From: Desulforhopalus sp.
GTDB lineage: Bacteria; Desulfobacterota; Desulfobulbia; Desulfobulbales; Desulfocapsaceae
DNA length: 64,000 nucleotides
Assembly: GCA_023231425.1 (NCBI GenBank)
Contig: JALNVI010000004.1
Span: forward strand, 5,142-69,141
Direction: 5' to 3'
Shown here: piece by piece, positions 18,818-29,795 of the stretch
Position numbering within the stretch: the first letter of the stretch is position 1
How the letters are laid out: each line of letters starts with the position of its first letter
Translations under genes and position numbers: made by a program
The notes under the pieces: model-generated
The model's database searches: none
Told to the model about the DNA's origin: nothing
What the model saw: the letters and a program-made list of their open reading frames with translations, nothing else

Positions 18818-18928
18818 AAAAGGCTGACTTCCCAGAAATCAAAGGTTGTGCCAAAGCTCTTTCTCTCTGAGGAAGAGCTCTTTTTACATTCCCCCTTTCA
18901 ATCGAATTTTCCAGTTTCTTTCTTTAAA

Positions 18929-19092
18929 GGTCCCTTGAAACAGCTTGTATTTCGTTCATATTCGAGGCGCAGGAGAAAATTTATGAGAGCCATGACTGAT
19001 AATATCTCGACGTCTCGTCCCTCGCTTTGTCGGAGGATAAATTTTTGACGGTAACGAAGAAGATGGGCGAAAGACTGATTATTCACGGTCCC
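18929..19092 (+). mobile_element. family-1 MITE-like element, no 18-bp units
   Basis: ggtcccttgaaacagcttgtatttcgttcatattcgagg ... gatgggcgaaagactgattattcacggtccc. Confidence 0.8.
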
Positions 19093-19196
19093 TTATGATA
19101 AAATTTGCGGAGCATGCTCTAACCATGAGAATACTGCTTGAGCACAACATTCAATTGCAGATGTAGAAAAGTGTCCGCAGCCACAATGCTTTGAGC

Positions 19197-19228
19197 CAGC
19201 ATCCCACAGTAGATGCTGCTTTTTTTTA
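19197..19228 (+). terminator. orphan intrinsic terminator
   Basis: stem cagcatc/gatgctg with 8-nt loop, followed by T8 (19220-19227); no annotated + strand gene ends nearby (DyP gene ends 18817). Confidence 0.5.
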
Positions 19229-19377
19229 CGGCCATGTCTTTCCCGTTGTTGCAGTGTAAAAAAAAGTGCAAAAGCAGAGAAAATTTTATTATCATTCTTT
19301 TTTGAGATTTCATCCTGTTCAGTCACAGAGAAATGATTTTATCATTTCTCCCTTTTTCAACCCCCCCGGGAGATATT

Positions 19378-20232
19378 ATGAAACACATTCAAGCCAGTTA
19401 CAAAAACAACAAATCTCTGCGCACCCTGCTTATTACCGGAATCACCTCCTGCATGCTGTTCGGTTGCAATACCATTACTCCCGGAGCCGGCGGAACAGCC
19501 ATTTCTGGCGGAACGGGAGGTTCCACCAGTACCGGCGCCAACGCCAGTCTTGAACACTGTTCACAGTCTCTCGGGACCATTGCCATCGACGATGGCCGTG
19601 ACCAGAGCTGGTATGCAGGTTTCTACAGTGCCACCAACGTCACCACCATTGAACCACTGATCCGTCTTGCCGTGCAGCAGTCCAACTGTTTCGTAATAAC
19701 TTCTGCCGGGAATATCCGTACCGACGACCGCCTGTCAAAAATTACCGGTAAACAGCGAAACTCCGGAGAATATCGCGCAGGATCCAAACAGCAGAAAGGG
19801 CAGCGAGTCGCCGCAGACTATTACCTTGAACCTTCCATTGTTATTGACAACTCCTCAATCGGCGGGGTTTCCGGAACCGTGGGCGGTGTACTTGACGGAG
19901 TTCTTGGCACCCGCGGTGTCTTAGGCTCGGTGGGCGGCGGCCTCGATGTTAAATCCTCCGTGGTGACCCTCTCTCTGATGGATATTCGCTCCGCAGTACA
20001 GATTGCAGCCGCTGAAGGCAGTGCCACCTCCAACAATTATGGTGCAGCCCTCGGCATCTTTGGTCACAAAGGCGGCGGTGCTCTGTCGGGCTACCAGACG
20101 ACCCCTGCAGGAAAAGCTACTGTTGCAGCCTTCCTTGATGCCTACAATACAATGATACGTTCCCTGCGCAGCTACAAAGCTCAGAGCGTGGAAGGCGGCC
20201 TGGGCACCGGCGGCCTGCTTAACGTAAATTGA
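19378..20232 (+). CDS. lipoprotein, CsgG/HfaB-like (tentative)
   Basis: lipobox LFGC at the N-terminus; LGTIAIDD...TTIEPLIRLAVQQSNCFVITS and Gly-rich loop followed by VTLSLMDIRS resemble the CsgG family; start set to ATG 19378. Confidence 0.5.
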   Translation: MKHIQASYKNNKSLRTLLITGITSCMLFGCNTITPGAGGTAISGGTGGSTSTGANASLEHCSQSLGTIAIDDGRDQSWYAGFYSATNVTTIEPLIRLAVQQSNCFVITSAGNIRTDDRLSKITGKQRNSGEYRAGSKQQKGQRVAADYYLEPSIVIDNSSIGGVSGTVGGVLDGVLGTRGVLGSVGGGLDVKSSVVTLSLMDIRSAVQIAAAEGSATSNNYGAALGIFGHKGGGALSGYQTTPAGKATVAAFLDAYNTMIRSLRSYKAQSVEGGLGTGGLLNVN

Positions 20233-20243
20233 GAGGATATATC

Positions 20244-20774
20244 ATGAGAAAAATTCTGTTTATTCTGCTGGCAGCGTTACTTCTGCTTACCATCGGCTGT
20301 GCTCCTGAGATGGAAACCACCGGCGTGATAACCCACGGAGAAGCAGAATCAGACGGCACCGATTCCATCACTGCACTGCGTCAACTTGCAGCCACTGATC
20401 CGGTGGCAGCCTGCGACCTCGGTCTGCGCTATCTGCGCGGAGACGGAGTCCCGCAAAACTCCTGGAAGGGGGTTGAAAGCTTGCGGGCAGCGGCAGAACA
20501 CGGCGACCTGCAGGCCCAGTCTGCTCTCGGTAAAATTTATCTCTCCGGACTGGAAGAAATGGGCTCCGATCCAATGGAGGCCACCAAATGGCTGCGCCTT
20601 GCAGCTGGCCAGGGAGACAGACAGTCAGAAGCACTGTTGAAAAAGGCGGAAGAAGCCCGGAAGAAAAGACTCAATGGCTATGTTGACCCCTCCTCTTATG
20701 GCTACAGTTCCCGCTGGTACTGGGAGACTCCTTACCGCTACGGTTGGAACAACGGCCTGTGGACAGCCCCCTGA
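20244..20774 (+). CDS. Sel1-repeat lipoprotein
   Basis: signal peptide with lipobox LTIGC; Sel1-like repeats (ACDLGLRYLRGDGVPQN, AQSALGKIYLSG, ATKWLRLAAGQGD). Confidence 0.75.
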   Translation: MRKILFILLAALLLLTIGCAPEMETTGVITHGEAESDGTDSITALRQLAATDPVAACDLGLRYLRGDGVPQNSWKGVESLRAAAEHGDLQAQSALGKIYLSGLEEMGSDPMEATKWLRLAAGQGDRQSEALLKKAEEARKKRLNGYVDPSSYGYSSRWYWETPYRYGWNNGLWTAP

Positions 20775-20802
20775 TTTCCTTCTGACACACCCTTTTTAAA
20801 AA

Positions 20803-20838
20803 AGAGGGGGCACCCCGCACAGGCTGCCCCCTCTTTCT
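20803..20838 (+). terminator. intrinsic terminator after the Sel1-repeat gene
   Basis: agagggggca / tgccccctct stem, 12-nt loop, short T-rich tail. Confidence 0.45.
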
Positions 20839-21049
20839 CGCGGCTTTTGTGGTTAAACAGCTTTTTTCACCGCGAAGAAAGATAAAAACATCTAATAACA
20901 AAGAGTTAAGTAAAATAAAATCTTAAAAGACGGGAAAAAAAGGCGCCAAAAGTCTTTGTCCTTACCCTTTGTGAACCCCGGCGTTCCCCACCGACATCGG
21001 GCAAAAACAGCTTGCCCTCTTCCAGGAAATTCGCCATGATCTTCTTCAG

Positions 21050-21189
21050 GGTATCTTGAATAATCTTGTATTTCGTTCATACTCAAGGCACAGGAGAAAA
21101 TTTACCGGAAGTATATGACTGATATCCTGAGGATAAATTTTTGACTGTAACGAAGAAGATGGGCGAAAGAGTGATTATTCAAGGTACCC
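21050..21189 (+). mobile_element. family-1 MITE-like element, short middle
   Basis: ggtatcttgaataatcttgtatttcgttcatactcaagg ... gatgggcgaaagagtgattattcaaggtaccc; TTCAG on both flanks (21045-21049, 21190-21194). Confidence 0.8.
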
Positions 21190-21539
21190 TTCAGAGACTT
21201 TTTTTGCCCCACCTCTGAAGATCTCTACACCAGGAAAAGGCCAACACATGGACCGCCCTCCATGGATCACTTCTCCTTTTTCCCCGCGAAATCAATTTTT
21301 CAAGAGATCTTCCAATCTCTCCGGTCCTTCAGCAAACTGTTCAAAAATTTATCCAAGACTACATAATAGCTTGATTTTACTCTTTATAATTTAAAATATT
21401 TTTGAAATAAGGATCTCTATGTCAGTCAGGGGCTGTTTTCGTCCTGTTTCCAGATTGTTCAGTATTTTTTATCTTTTTCCTCTTTGAGGACAGTAAAAAT
21501 AACCCTGAATTGACATAATCGTCGGCGCCAGCCGAATGC

Positions 21540-22481
21540 ATGAAACATGAGAAAATAAATTCAATGATCACATACACTGACAAAAAAATAATCAAACTCC
21601 TGCAGAAGGATGGACGGGCGAGCTATTCCGATATCGCTCAAAATCTTGGGATTACGCCCTCTACGGCAGCGAAACGGGTCAAATATATGCTGGAGAACCG
21701 CACGATTACCGTCCGGGGCATGCTCAATCCATATAAACTTGGTTTAATTGCCGGAGCCTTTATCACCATTCGCACCTCCCAGGAGCAGAGAGAGAGCCTG
21801 CACGCCTTTCTTAATAAAGAACTCTTCGTATCCACTGTACTCAGCACGCTTGGCCGATTTGACATCTTCTGCCTCATACGCACCCGAAGCTGGGAAGACC
21901 TGCACGACTTTATTTCCAGAAAACTGGCACCCTGCCCGGGGGTTCTTGATTATGAGGTGAACTTTATCGACAAAACCTTCAAGCGTTTTCAGCTCTTCGG
22001 CAAGAATAAAAAATTCGAGAGGCCTCCGGATCTCAAAGAAGCCGACTGGCAGCTTCTTCACCAGCTTTGCCTGGATGGCCGACAGAGCAATTCAGATATC
22101 GCCGAGAAACTGGGCCTTCACGTCTCCACCGTTTCACGACGGATACAGGACTTCCTCTCGCAGGACTATATACGCGTTCTTCCCCAACCGAATCCGACTA
22201 AATTTGACTATGCCTCAAGTGCCCTGGTTCGAGCATGGGTGAAAACATCACAGGTACAACCGATATGCAAAATGATTGGCAGCTTTGAAGAGGTCTTCAT
22301 GGTCTCCAGTATCATCAATCGACCGGCGATCATCTTTGGAGTTCACACCGCCAGCAACGATGCCACAACTGATCTCATTAATAAATTTCTCAGTGTAGAA
22401 GGGCTGAAAGACCCGGTGGTCGCACTCCGTTCCCGAGTCATCAAAAGCAACTACTGGTGGCACAGGGACAGCCTCAACTAA
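21540..22481 (+). CDS. tandem Lrp/AsnC-family regulator (two HTH + ligand-domain modules)
   Basis: two AsnC-type units: KKIIKLLQKDGRASYSDIAQNLGITPSTAAKRV and DWQLLHQLCLDGRQSNSDIAEKLGLHVSTVSRRI, each followed by an about 80-aa RAM-like domain. Confidence 0.75.
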   Translation: MKHEKINSMITYTDKKIIKLLQKDGRASYSDIAQNLGITPSTAAKRVKYMLENRTITVRGMLNPYKLGLIAGAFITIRTSQEQRESLHAFLNKELFVSTVLSTLGRFDIFCLIRTRSWEDLHDFISRKLAPCPGVLDYEVNFIDKTFKRFQLFGKNKKFERPPDLKEADWQLLHQLCLDGRQSNSDIAEKLGLHVSTVSRRIQDFLSQDYIRVLPQPNPTKFDYASSALVRAWVKTSQVQPICKMIGSFEEVFMVSSIINRPAIIFGVHTASNDATTDLINKFLSVEGLKDPVVALRSRVIKSNYWWHRDSLN

Positions 22482-22510
22482 GGGCCGCTGGCAGCCATAT
22501 CTCGAAACAC

Positions 22511-22553
22511 ACAAAGGTGTTGCCCCGAAGTGAAGGGCAGCACCTTTGTTTTG
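22511..22553. terminator. bidirectional terminator between the AsnC-family gene and secA
   Basis: acaaaggtgttgccc / gggcagcacctttgt (one G-U) followed by TTTTG. Confidence 0.6.
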
Positions 22554-22681
22554 TGAAATTCAATGGAGAAGTTCTCAGTCTGTGGCAAAAAACGGAACAG
22601 GCCCTGAGTGTATGCTCAAAGCCTGTTCCTACTTATGGGGACCTTAAATACTTCGAGATTTCGATCGAATTCAAGATTTTA

Positions 22682-25237
22682 TTATACAGCCTTACCGTGA
22701 CAATGTTTATACTTCTTCCCGGAACCACAGGGACAAAGGGCGTTGCGTCCGATCTTTTCACCATCTCGGCGCACCGTTATCCCAGCAGGGTCTTCTTCGT
22801 CAACAGGGCCGGAATGCTGCAGTATTTTCGCCTTCTCTTCCTGCTGGAGACGCCGATCCTCCTCAAGCCGCTTGACCTCTTCCTCCGCCATAACCCTTAC
22901 CCGCATAAGCGTAGAAACAATCTGCACCTTCATCTCCTCGATCATGGTGTCAAAAAGTTCATGCCCTTCACGCTTGTATTCGTTGAGCGGGTTCTTCTGA
23001 CCGTAGCCGCGCAGCCCAATCCCTTCTTTCAAGTGGTCCATGGAGAGGAGATGCTCTTTCCAATGGGAATCAACCATCTGCAGCAGGATGAGTTTCTCAA
23101 GCTGGCGCTGGGTCTCCTCACCGTTATGCTCTTCCTGCTCATGATATTTGGCAGCCACGGTATCCAGAATCTTTTTCCGGAACGCCTCTCTCTTGAGATC
23201 GCTGCGCTCCTCTTCGCTCCACTCGGGGGCAAAGCTGAAATATTCCAGCATCCGCTGGCTGAATCCCGGCCAGTCCCACTCCTGCGACTCAATCCTCTCC
23301 TGGCCAAACTCGGTTACCGTGAGATCGACCATATATTCCATCATATCCTGCACAGTAACATGCACGTTGTCACCGTCGAGGACCTCACAGCGCTGTTCAT
23401 AGATAATTTCACGCTGCTTGTTCATTACATCGTCATACTCCAGCAAATGCTTCCGAATATCGAAGTTGTGCCCTTCCACCTTGCACTGGGCATTCTCGAT
23501 CGCACGGGAGATCATACTGTGTTCAATCGGCTCATCCTCCTCCATGCCCAGCTTGTTCATCAGGCCAGAGATACGTCCAGAACCAAAGATGCGCAGCAGA
23601 TCATCCTCAAGGGAGAGGAAAAAACGGGAGGAGCCGGGATCACCCTGACGTCCAGCCCGACCGCGGAGCTGGTTGTCAATCCGCCGCGACTCATGGCGTG
23701 AGGTGCCGAGGATATGCAGGCCGCCCACTTCGCGCACGCCTTCGCCAAGCTTGATATCAGTCCCACGCCCCGCCATATTGGTAGCGATAGTCACCTTGCC
23801 GAGTTCTCCCGCGCCGGCGATGATCTCTGCCTCCCGTTCATGGTGTTTGGCGTTGAGAACCTCATGGACAATCTTCTCTTTCTGCAGCATCTTCGAGATG
23901 AGTTCGGAGATATCAATGGAGATAGTCCCAACCAGAACCGGGCGTCCCTGGGCATGCAGCTCCTTAATCTCACGAACGATGGCTCGATACTTCGCCTTTT
24001 GATTCTTGTAGATGACGTCGGCATAATCCTGACGAATCATCGGTTGGTTGGTCGGCATGACCGTAACATCAAGATTATAAATTTTCTTAAACTCTGCTGC
24101 CTCTGTATCGGCGGTACCGGTCATCCCGGCCAGCTTCTCATACAGACGAAAGTAGTTCTGGAAGGTGATGGAGGCAAGCGTCTGATTCTCCTGCTCGATC
24201 TTCACATGTTCCTTGGCCTCAAGAGACTGATGCAGTCCGTCACTGAAACGGCGGCCCTCCATGGTACGGCCAGTGAATTCATCGACGATCACCACCTGAC
24301 CATCCTTGACAATATAATCAACGTCCTTCTGAAAAAGCATGTGCGCCTTGAGCGACTGATTAAGATGGTGCAATTTCTCGATATTGACCGGATCGTAGAG
24401 ATTATCCACCTTGAGCAGTTCCTCTCCAAGGGCAATTCCTTCCTCAGTGAGAGAGACAGTGCGTGACTTTTCATCCACTGTATAGTGCTCTTCCTTCTTG
24501 AAATTACCCATGATAGAGTCTACCGCCTGATAAGTCTCGGTGGAGATGTCAGCCGGACCGGAGATAATCAGCGGAGTACGCGCTTCATCAATGAGAATAG
24601 AGTCCACCTCATCGACAATGCCGTAATTGAACCCGCGCTGGCAGAACTCGGCACGGTCGAACTTCATGTTATCACGTAAATAGTCGAAACCGAATTCGTT
24701 GTTTGTACCGTAGGTGATATCGGAGCCATAGGCCTCCTGCCGGGCGACATCGCCCATGTCATGGACAATCTTGCCGCACCTCATACCGAGGAAAGTATAG
24801 ATCTGACTCATCCACTCAGAGTCACGTGCAGCAAGGTAGTCGTTCACCGTCACCACATGCACTCCCTTGCCGGAAAGCCCATTGAGATAAACAGGCAGGG
24901 TCGAGGTGAGGGTCTTTCCCTCACCGGTTTTCATCTCGGCGATCTTCCCCTGATGGAGAACGATACCGCCGATAAGCTGCACATCGTAATGACGTTCGCC
25001 AATGGCCCGCCGCGCGGCCTCGCGGACGACCGCAAAAGCTTCGGGGAGGAGATCGTCAAGACTCTCACCTTTAGCCACCCGCTCACGAAACTCCACAGTT
25101 TTCGCGGCAATCGCCGCGTCGTCCAGTGGCTGCAAACTTTCCTCAAGAGAGTTGATCTTTGCAATAATCGGTCTAAGACTTTTAAGATATCGATCATTGC
25201 TGCTGCCGAAAATTTTGGTTAATGCACTGGATATCAT
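22682..25237 (-). CDS. secA: preprotein translocase ATPase SecA
   Basis: 851-aa ORF; MKTGEGKTL Walker [31 protein letters not shown]-terminal zinc motif [14 protein letters not shown]. Confidence 0.97.
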   Translation of the reverse strand: MISSALTKIFGSSNDRYLKSLRPIIAKINSLEESLQPLDDAAIAAKTVEFRERVAKGESLDDLLPEAFAVVREAARRAIGERHYDVQLIGGIVLHQGKIAEMKTGEGKTLTSTLPVYLNGLSGKGVHVVTVNDYLAARDSEWMSQIYTFLGMRCGKIVHDMGDVARQEAYGSDITYGTNNEFGFDYLRDNMKFDRAEFCQRGFNYGIVDEVDSILIDEARTPLIISGPADISTETYQAVDSIMGNFKKEEHYTVDEKSRTVSLTEEGIALGEELLKVDNLYDPVNIEKLHHLNQSLKAHMLFQKDVDYIVKDGQVVIVDEFTGRTMEGRRFSDGLHQSLEAKEHVKIEQENQTLASITFQNYFRLYEKLAGMTGTADTEAAEFKKIYNLDVTVMPTNQPMIRQDYADVIYKNQKAKYRAIVREIKELHAQGRPVLVGTISIDISELISKMLQKEKIVHEVLNAKHHEREAEIIAGAGELGKVTIATNMAGRGTDIKLGEGVREVGGLHILGTSRHESRRIDNQLRGRAGRQGDPGSSRFFLSLEDDLLRIFGSGRISGLMNKLGMEEDEPIEHSMISRAIENAQCKVEGHNFDIRKHLLEYDDVMNKQREIIYEQRCEVLDGDNVHVTVQDMMEYMVDLTVTEFGQERIESQEWDWPGFSQRMLEYFSFAPEWSEEERSDLKREAFRKKILDTVAAKYHEQEEHNGEETQRQLEKLILLQMVDSHWKEHLLSMDHLKEGIGLRGYGQKNPLNEYKREGHELFDTMIEEMKVQIVSTLMRVRVMAEEEVKRLEEDRRLQQEEKAKILQHSGPVDEEDPAGITVRRDGEKIGRNALCPCGSGKKYKHCHGKAV

Positions 25238-25431
25238 CTTCTTCCCGTTCTATAGATTAAAATAAAATATTCCTTGAAAAATGGCGGATTTCATTTGATT
25301 TCAGTGTGCGCGAAGAGTCTGCCTCTCAAGGCAGTGAACACATCGAATTGAGAGAGAAAAAAGAGTAGAAATCCTTCAAGAACATTACAGAGTTGATCAA
25401 AATAACAGCGTTACTATAAGACGTTCTGCGG

Positions 25432-25722
25432 TTATTCGCCCTTTTTTATTACTTTTTTTTCCACTCGAATATAAGGCGGTGTCTCTTTTCCATTCACCGT
25501 TGAAACCGCGTCGATGATTTGCATCTTCGACAGCGTCATGCTCGAGTGACGCCCGCCTGCCTCGCCAGTGAATCCCCGGCCGGCGAGCCACGATTGCCCG
25601 GTCCACACCCCGAAGATAAAGGTCCAGAGGAAGAGACAGAGGAGCACAACGCCAATACCGCCGATGGCTCCCCGACTCACCTCAAATTTCAGCTTAACCT
25701 TTTTTTTCCCCTGCGTCGCCAT
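25432..25722 (-). CDS. small membrane protein, unknown function
   Basis: 96-aa ORF 8 nt downstream of argS, Lys-rich N-terminus and one clear TM helix (IGGIGVVLLCLFLWTFIFGVW); coding status only from position and hydrophobic segment. Confidence 0.4.
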   Translation of the reverse strand: MATQGKKKVKLKFEVSRGAIGGIGVVLLCLFLWTFIFGVWTGQSWLAGRGFTGEAGGRHSSMTLSKMQIIDAVSTVNGKETPPYIRVEKKVIKKGE

Positions 25723-25729
25723 CGGAGAA

Positions 25730-27397
25730 TTACATCCGTTCCGGCGCTGTCAGCCCACAGATATCAAGTCCATTCTTCAAGACCACCTGCACAGCAACAA
25801 CAAGACCGAGGCGGGCTCTGCTCAGCTCGACATCATCGGTGAGGACCTTGTGTTTGTTGTAGTAACTGTGCAGCAGACCGGCAAACTCCATGAGGAAGAA
25901 AATAATTTTATGCGGTGCCAGTTCCAGTGCTGAGGCTTCAAGTTCTCCAGGAAAGGAAGACATTGCCTTGAGCAGTTTAATCTCTTCAGGCTCAATGAGA
26001 CGGCTCATATCAAGTCCTGCAGAATTGTCGGCCCCGACAGCGCTCATTCCCTTCTCTTCGGCCTGGCGCAGGATGGAGCAAAGGCGTGCGTGGGCATACT
26101 GAACATAATAGACAGGATTTTCCTGGCTCTCTTTTGTGGCGAGGGCAAGGTCAAACTCCATCTGTGAATCAGCCTTGCGCTGCATAAAGAAGAAACGCAC
26201 AGGATCAACCCCCACCTCATCGAGCAGTTCATCCACGGTAACAAAGTTCGCCTTGCGGGTTGACATCTTCACCTGTTTCCCGTCACGAGTGAGAGTGACG
26301 AACTGGTGCAGGACCACGGTCACCTTTTTGGGATCATAACCCAGCGCCTCCACACCGGACAGAACATCAGGCACGGTGGCGATATGGTCGGAGCCAAAGA
26401 TATCAATCAGCCAGTCGAAATCCCTCCGAAATTTTTCCCGGTGGTAGGCTATATCCGGCAGGCGGTAGGTAGGCTCACCAGTACTCTTGATGATAACCCG
26501 ATCCTGTGGCTGCCCCAGAACCGTCGTTTTGAACCAGGTGGCACCATCCTTCTCGTAGACAAGCCCCTTCTCCCGCAGTTTATTGACCACATCATCAATA
26601 TGGCCGTTTTCATAAAGAGAGCGTTCGTTAAAGTAGTTGTCAAATTTAATTCCCATGCGCCCGAGGGTTCCGGAGATATCTTTGAAGATGTAGTGTTCCG
26701 CCTGTTCTTTGAAAGGATCAACCTCTTTGCAGTCTACAAGCGAGTCGCCCTTTTCATCCACCAGCGACTGAGCAATTTCTATAATGTATTCACCTTGATA
26801 CCCATCTTCAGGAAAGGTGAACTCGCGATTGAGCAGCTCAAGGTAGCGGGCACGGGTCGATTCGCCGAGCACCCGCATCTGCCGACCGGCATTGTTGTAA
26901 TAGTATTCGCGATAGACATTATGGCCGGTGGCCTCAAGCAGACGGGCAATGGAATCTCCGAGAATCGCCTGCCGCCCGTGCCCGATAGAGAGTGGCCCGG
27001 TGGGATTGGCGGAGACAAATTCCACCATCACCCGGCGATCTTCGCCGACCCTGCTGTGCCCAAAGCCTTCACCCGCAGCAAGGATCTGCGGAATCATCGC
27101 CTGCCAGACCTTCGGTTGAATGGTGATATTAACAAAACCTGGCCCCGCCACGTCCACCTTCGCCACCAGTGTCGTTTCAACCTCCAGTTTCCTGGCGAGC
27201 TGCGCAGCAACCTCCCGGGGATTCTTCTTCTCAATACCGGCGAGTACCAGCGCAAAGTTGGTGGAGAAGTCTCCCTGTCCCTCGTGTTTTGGCAGTTCAA
27301 CGGTAAATTTTCCGGATCCACTTTCAGACCAGAGTCCTTCCTCCACACCCGCTGTGAAACAGTTCTGCAACACATCTTTAAGCTGCTGACGAATCAT
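25730..27397 (-). CDS. argS: arginine--tRNA ligase
   Basis: 555-aa ORF; class-I HIGH-type motif (SANPTGPLSIGHGR), MSTRK (KMSKS variant), C-terminal DALR anticodon-binding region. Confidence 0.95.
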   Translation of the reverse strand: MIRQQLKDVLQNCFTAGVEEGLWSESGSGKFTVELPKHEGQGDFSTNFALVLAGIEKKNPREVAAQLARKLEVETTLVAKVDVAGPGFVNITIQPKVWQAMIPQILAAGEGFGHSRVGEDRRVMVEFVSANPTGPLSIGHGRQAILGDSIARLLEATGHNVYREYYYNNAGRQMRVLGESTRARYLELLNREFTFPEDGYQGEYIIEIAQSLVDEKGDSLVDCKEVDPFKEQAEHYIFKDISGTLGRMGIKFDNYFNERSLYENGHIDDVVNKLREKGLVYEKDGATWFKTTVLGQPQDRVIIKSTGEPTYRLPDIAYHREKFRRDFDWLIDIFGSDHIATVPDVLSGVEALGYDPKKVTVVLHQFVTLTRDGKQVKMSTRKANFVTVDELLDEVGVDPVRFFFMQRKADSQMEFDLALATKESQENPVYYVQYAHARLCSILRQAEEKGMSAVGADNSAGLDMSRLIEPEEIKLLKAMSSFPGELEASALELAPHKIIFFLMEFAGLLHSYYNKHKVLTDDVELSRARLGLVVAVQVVLKNGLDICGLTAPERM

Positions 27398-27510
27398 TGG
27401 TACTCTTCCTGGATAGTTTGTTAATCAGATTTCACCTGAGGTCCCTGGCAGGGGCCATGAAAAAGCGCCTGCTCCCCGGAGGCGGCAGACGCTGACTTTT
27501 CAGATGCCGG

Positions 27511-28617
27511 TTATTCAGTTGAGCTGAAGTGTTTGTTGACATGGCCATAAAGACATATGACTTCATAGCTGATGGTATCAAGAACCTTCGCCACTTCGTC
27601 GGCGGTAATGCACTCTTCACCCTGGCTGCCGAGAAGGACAACTTCATCTCCCACCTCAACCTCCATGTCGCTGACATTAAGCATACAGATATTCATGCAG
27701 ATACGGCCACAGATCTGCACCCGCTGTCCACCAGCCAGAACCTCTCCGCCATTGGAAAGATGGCGGTTCAATCCGTCCTCATAGCCCACCGGAATAACGG
27801 CAATTCTGGTCGGTTTTTTGGTGATGAAAGTTCGCCCGTAGCTGATAGAACTGCCTGCGGGGAAATCCTTCACCTGGATAATCCGACTGGAGAAACGCAT
27901 GGCAGGGACAAGCCCGTCGCAAGGTAATCCTGAAGGGTGGCAGCCATAGAGGGCAATCCCCACCCGAATCATGTCACAGTATGCTTCCGGGTGGTAAAAC
28001 AGCGCCCCGGAGTTGGCAATGTGCCGGATGACACCGTAACGCTCCTTGAGCACCGCCGCGACTTTCTTGAATTTCTTCAACGCCTCATCGGTACTGGGGG
28101 ACCCGGGAATATCAGCCTCAGGGAAATGGCTCATCACTCCGGCAATCTTCAGATGAGGGAATTCTGCCAGCCCCGCAGCAAAGGACTCCACTTCTTCGGG
28201 CCACAGCCCGAGACGCCCCATGCCGGTATTCACCTTGAGGTGAATCTCCAGCTCATTCTCCCGCGCAGCCCCCTCGGCCTCAAGCAAAGCAGCCTGGGCA
28301 TACGTGGAAATAACCGGCGTGAGGCTAAAGTCATAGAAGAAAGAGGCGTCTTCATTGCCGAAACAGGTGGTAACGAGGATCATGCCTTCGATTCCAGCCC
28401 GGCGCAGCTCCACTCCTTCACAAAGCTCGGCCACACCAAAGCGGCGGCAGCCGGCACCGGCGAATGCCCGGGCCGCATAGACCATGCCGTGGCCATACCC
28501 GTCACCTTTCACCATGGCCATCAACGGGGTGTCACCGGCAAGCTCTGCAAGATAACGATAATTCGCTGCGAGAGCGGCGGCATCCACGGTAATTTGATTA
28601 AAGCTTTCTCCTTTCAT
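27511..28617 (-). CDS. alr: alanine racemase
   Basis: PLP-lysine motif AMVKGDGYGHG, C-terminal SYGRTF and beta-barrel domain; start set to ATG 28617, which overlaps the upstream stop as ATGA. Confidence 0.9.
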   Translation of the reverse strand: MKGESFNQITVDAAALAANYRYLAELAGDTPLMAMVKGDGYGHGMVYAARAFAGAGCRRFGVAELCEGVELRRAGIEGMILVTTCFGNEDASFFYDFSLTPVISTYAQAALLEAEGAARENELEIHLKVNTGMGRLGLWPEEVESFAAGLAEFPHLKIAGVMSHFPEADIPGSPSTDEALKKFKKVAAVLKERYGVIRHIANSGALFYHPEAYCDMIRVGIALYGCHPSGLPCDGLVPAMRFSSRIIQVKDFPAGSSISYGRTFITKKPTRIAVIPVGYEDGLNRHLSNGGEVLAGGQRVQICGRICMNICMLNVSDMEVEVGDEVVLLGSQGEECITADEVAKVLDTISYEVICLYGHVNKHFSSTE

Positions 28618-29051
28618 TCTTTCTCTCTGTAATGGAAAAATTCGCCCCAGGCGCACCGACTGGAAAAGAGCAGCGCCCAGCCAACTGTAAAGTAGATAAA
28701 GCAGAGGATTATAGTGGGAAGTGGTGAATATTTCAACAGAACACCGGTGACGATCATCCCCGCAACCATCAACCAGGTCTTCATGGAATAAACAGCCCCA
28801 AGCCAGGTTCCATCTTCAAGGGTATGGATGCGGGCAATAGTGCGCCCCGCCGCGCGGTCAAGGACATAGCGGGATTTCAACGCCCCCGCGACAAGACCTG
28901 CGGTGCCCAGGAGCACAATAAAAGTCGTCCCCCCGCGAGCACGGTAAAGTCCCTTGCCAAGAAGCATAAGGCCCACGGCACTCCAGATGGCTGCCGAAAG
29001 GAGAAGGTGGATGCGGCGACTTGCGCCAGGTTTCCAGGTATATGTATTCAC
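28614..29051 (-). CDS. membrane protein, unknown function (4 predicted TM)
   Basis: 145-aa hydrophobic ORF translationally coupled (ATGA) to alr; no motif I recognise. Confidence 0.55.
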   Translation of the reverse strand: MNTYTWKPGASRRIHLLLSAAIWSAVGLMLLGKGLYRARGGTTFIVLLGTAGLVAGALKSRYVLDRAAGRTIARIHTLEDGTWLGAVYSMKTWLMVAGMIVTGVLLKYSPLPTIILCFIYFTVGWALLFSSRCAWGEFFHYREKE

Positions 29052-29131
29052 GTATTCACGATATCAATAAACGAAAACAGCCCGTACCCCTGCGAGGGGC
29101 AACAGGCCAAAAGAACCGACCCTTGAATAAA

Positions 29132-29288
29132 GGGTATCCTGAATAATCTTGTATTTCGTTCATATTCGAGGCACAGAAAGAAATTTACCGCAGGTATAGA
29201 GTTGTATCGGAGTCTGGCGCTTGCCTCCGAGGATATTTTTTTCCTGTAAGGAAGAAGAGGGGCAAAAGACTGGTTATTCAAGGTACCC
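29132..29288 (+). mobile_element. family-1 MITE-like element, one degenerate 18-bp unit
   Basis: gggtatcctgaataatcttgtatttcgttcatattcgagg ... ggcaaaagactggttattcaaggtaccc; preceded by a partial extra terminus cccttgaataaa (29120-29131). Confidence 0.8.
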
Positions 29289-29795
29289 TGCAGGGGACCA
29301 GTAACAGTGAGGGCTTCCGCGGGACACACTTTAATGCACAGAATGCCCCTTGTCATACTCCCTTCAGAAACAAAAAACAGAACCAAAATTTTCACTTCTT
29401 TATATTGCTCATGTCTGGCGACTTCGTCAAACATCATTTCTCTTCACGGTAAATTTACGCTTTACCCGCTGCCGTTTTTCAGGGAAGCTTTTTCGGTGTG
29501 CGTCAAAATACTTGCTCTGAAATAATGTACGGCCGAGACTTTGTCAAGAAAATTGGCGGAAAAAAGAGTGCGCTGTTCCACACGAACTATTTGTATTTAC
29601 GGATATTTTACGCTACGAAGACCTCTACTGCCATTGCCGTCTGTTGTCGTCTTCGCCGATGGACAGACATTTGCTCTATTAGAATTTCCTATTTGACATA
29701 TAGACCCCTGAGATGAATCATAGAGGCTCTCCATTTTAACCTTTCGTTTCCCTTACCGATATTGAAGTATTTTCTTCTAATTTCAAGGAGCACAA

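Noticed and set aside
21540-22481. Fused siroheme decarboxylase (AhbA/B, NirDL-like) instead of a regulator
   Set aside because: Those enzymes also have tandem AsnC-like folds, and the length fits. However, I see no adjacent heme or siroheme genes and cannot verify diagnostic residues by eye, so the generic tandem Lrp/AsnC call is kept.
22457-23701. 414-aa plus-strand ORF
   Set aside because: It is a shadow ORF antisense to secA.
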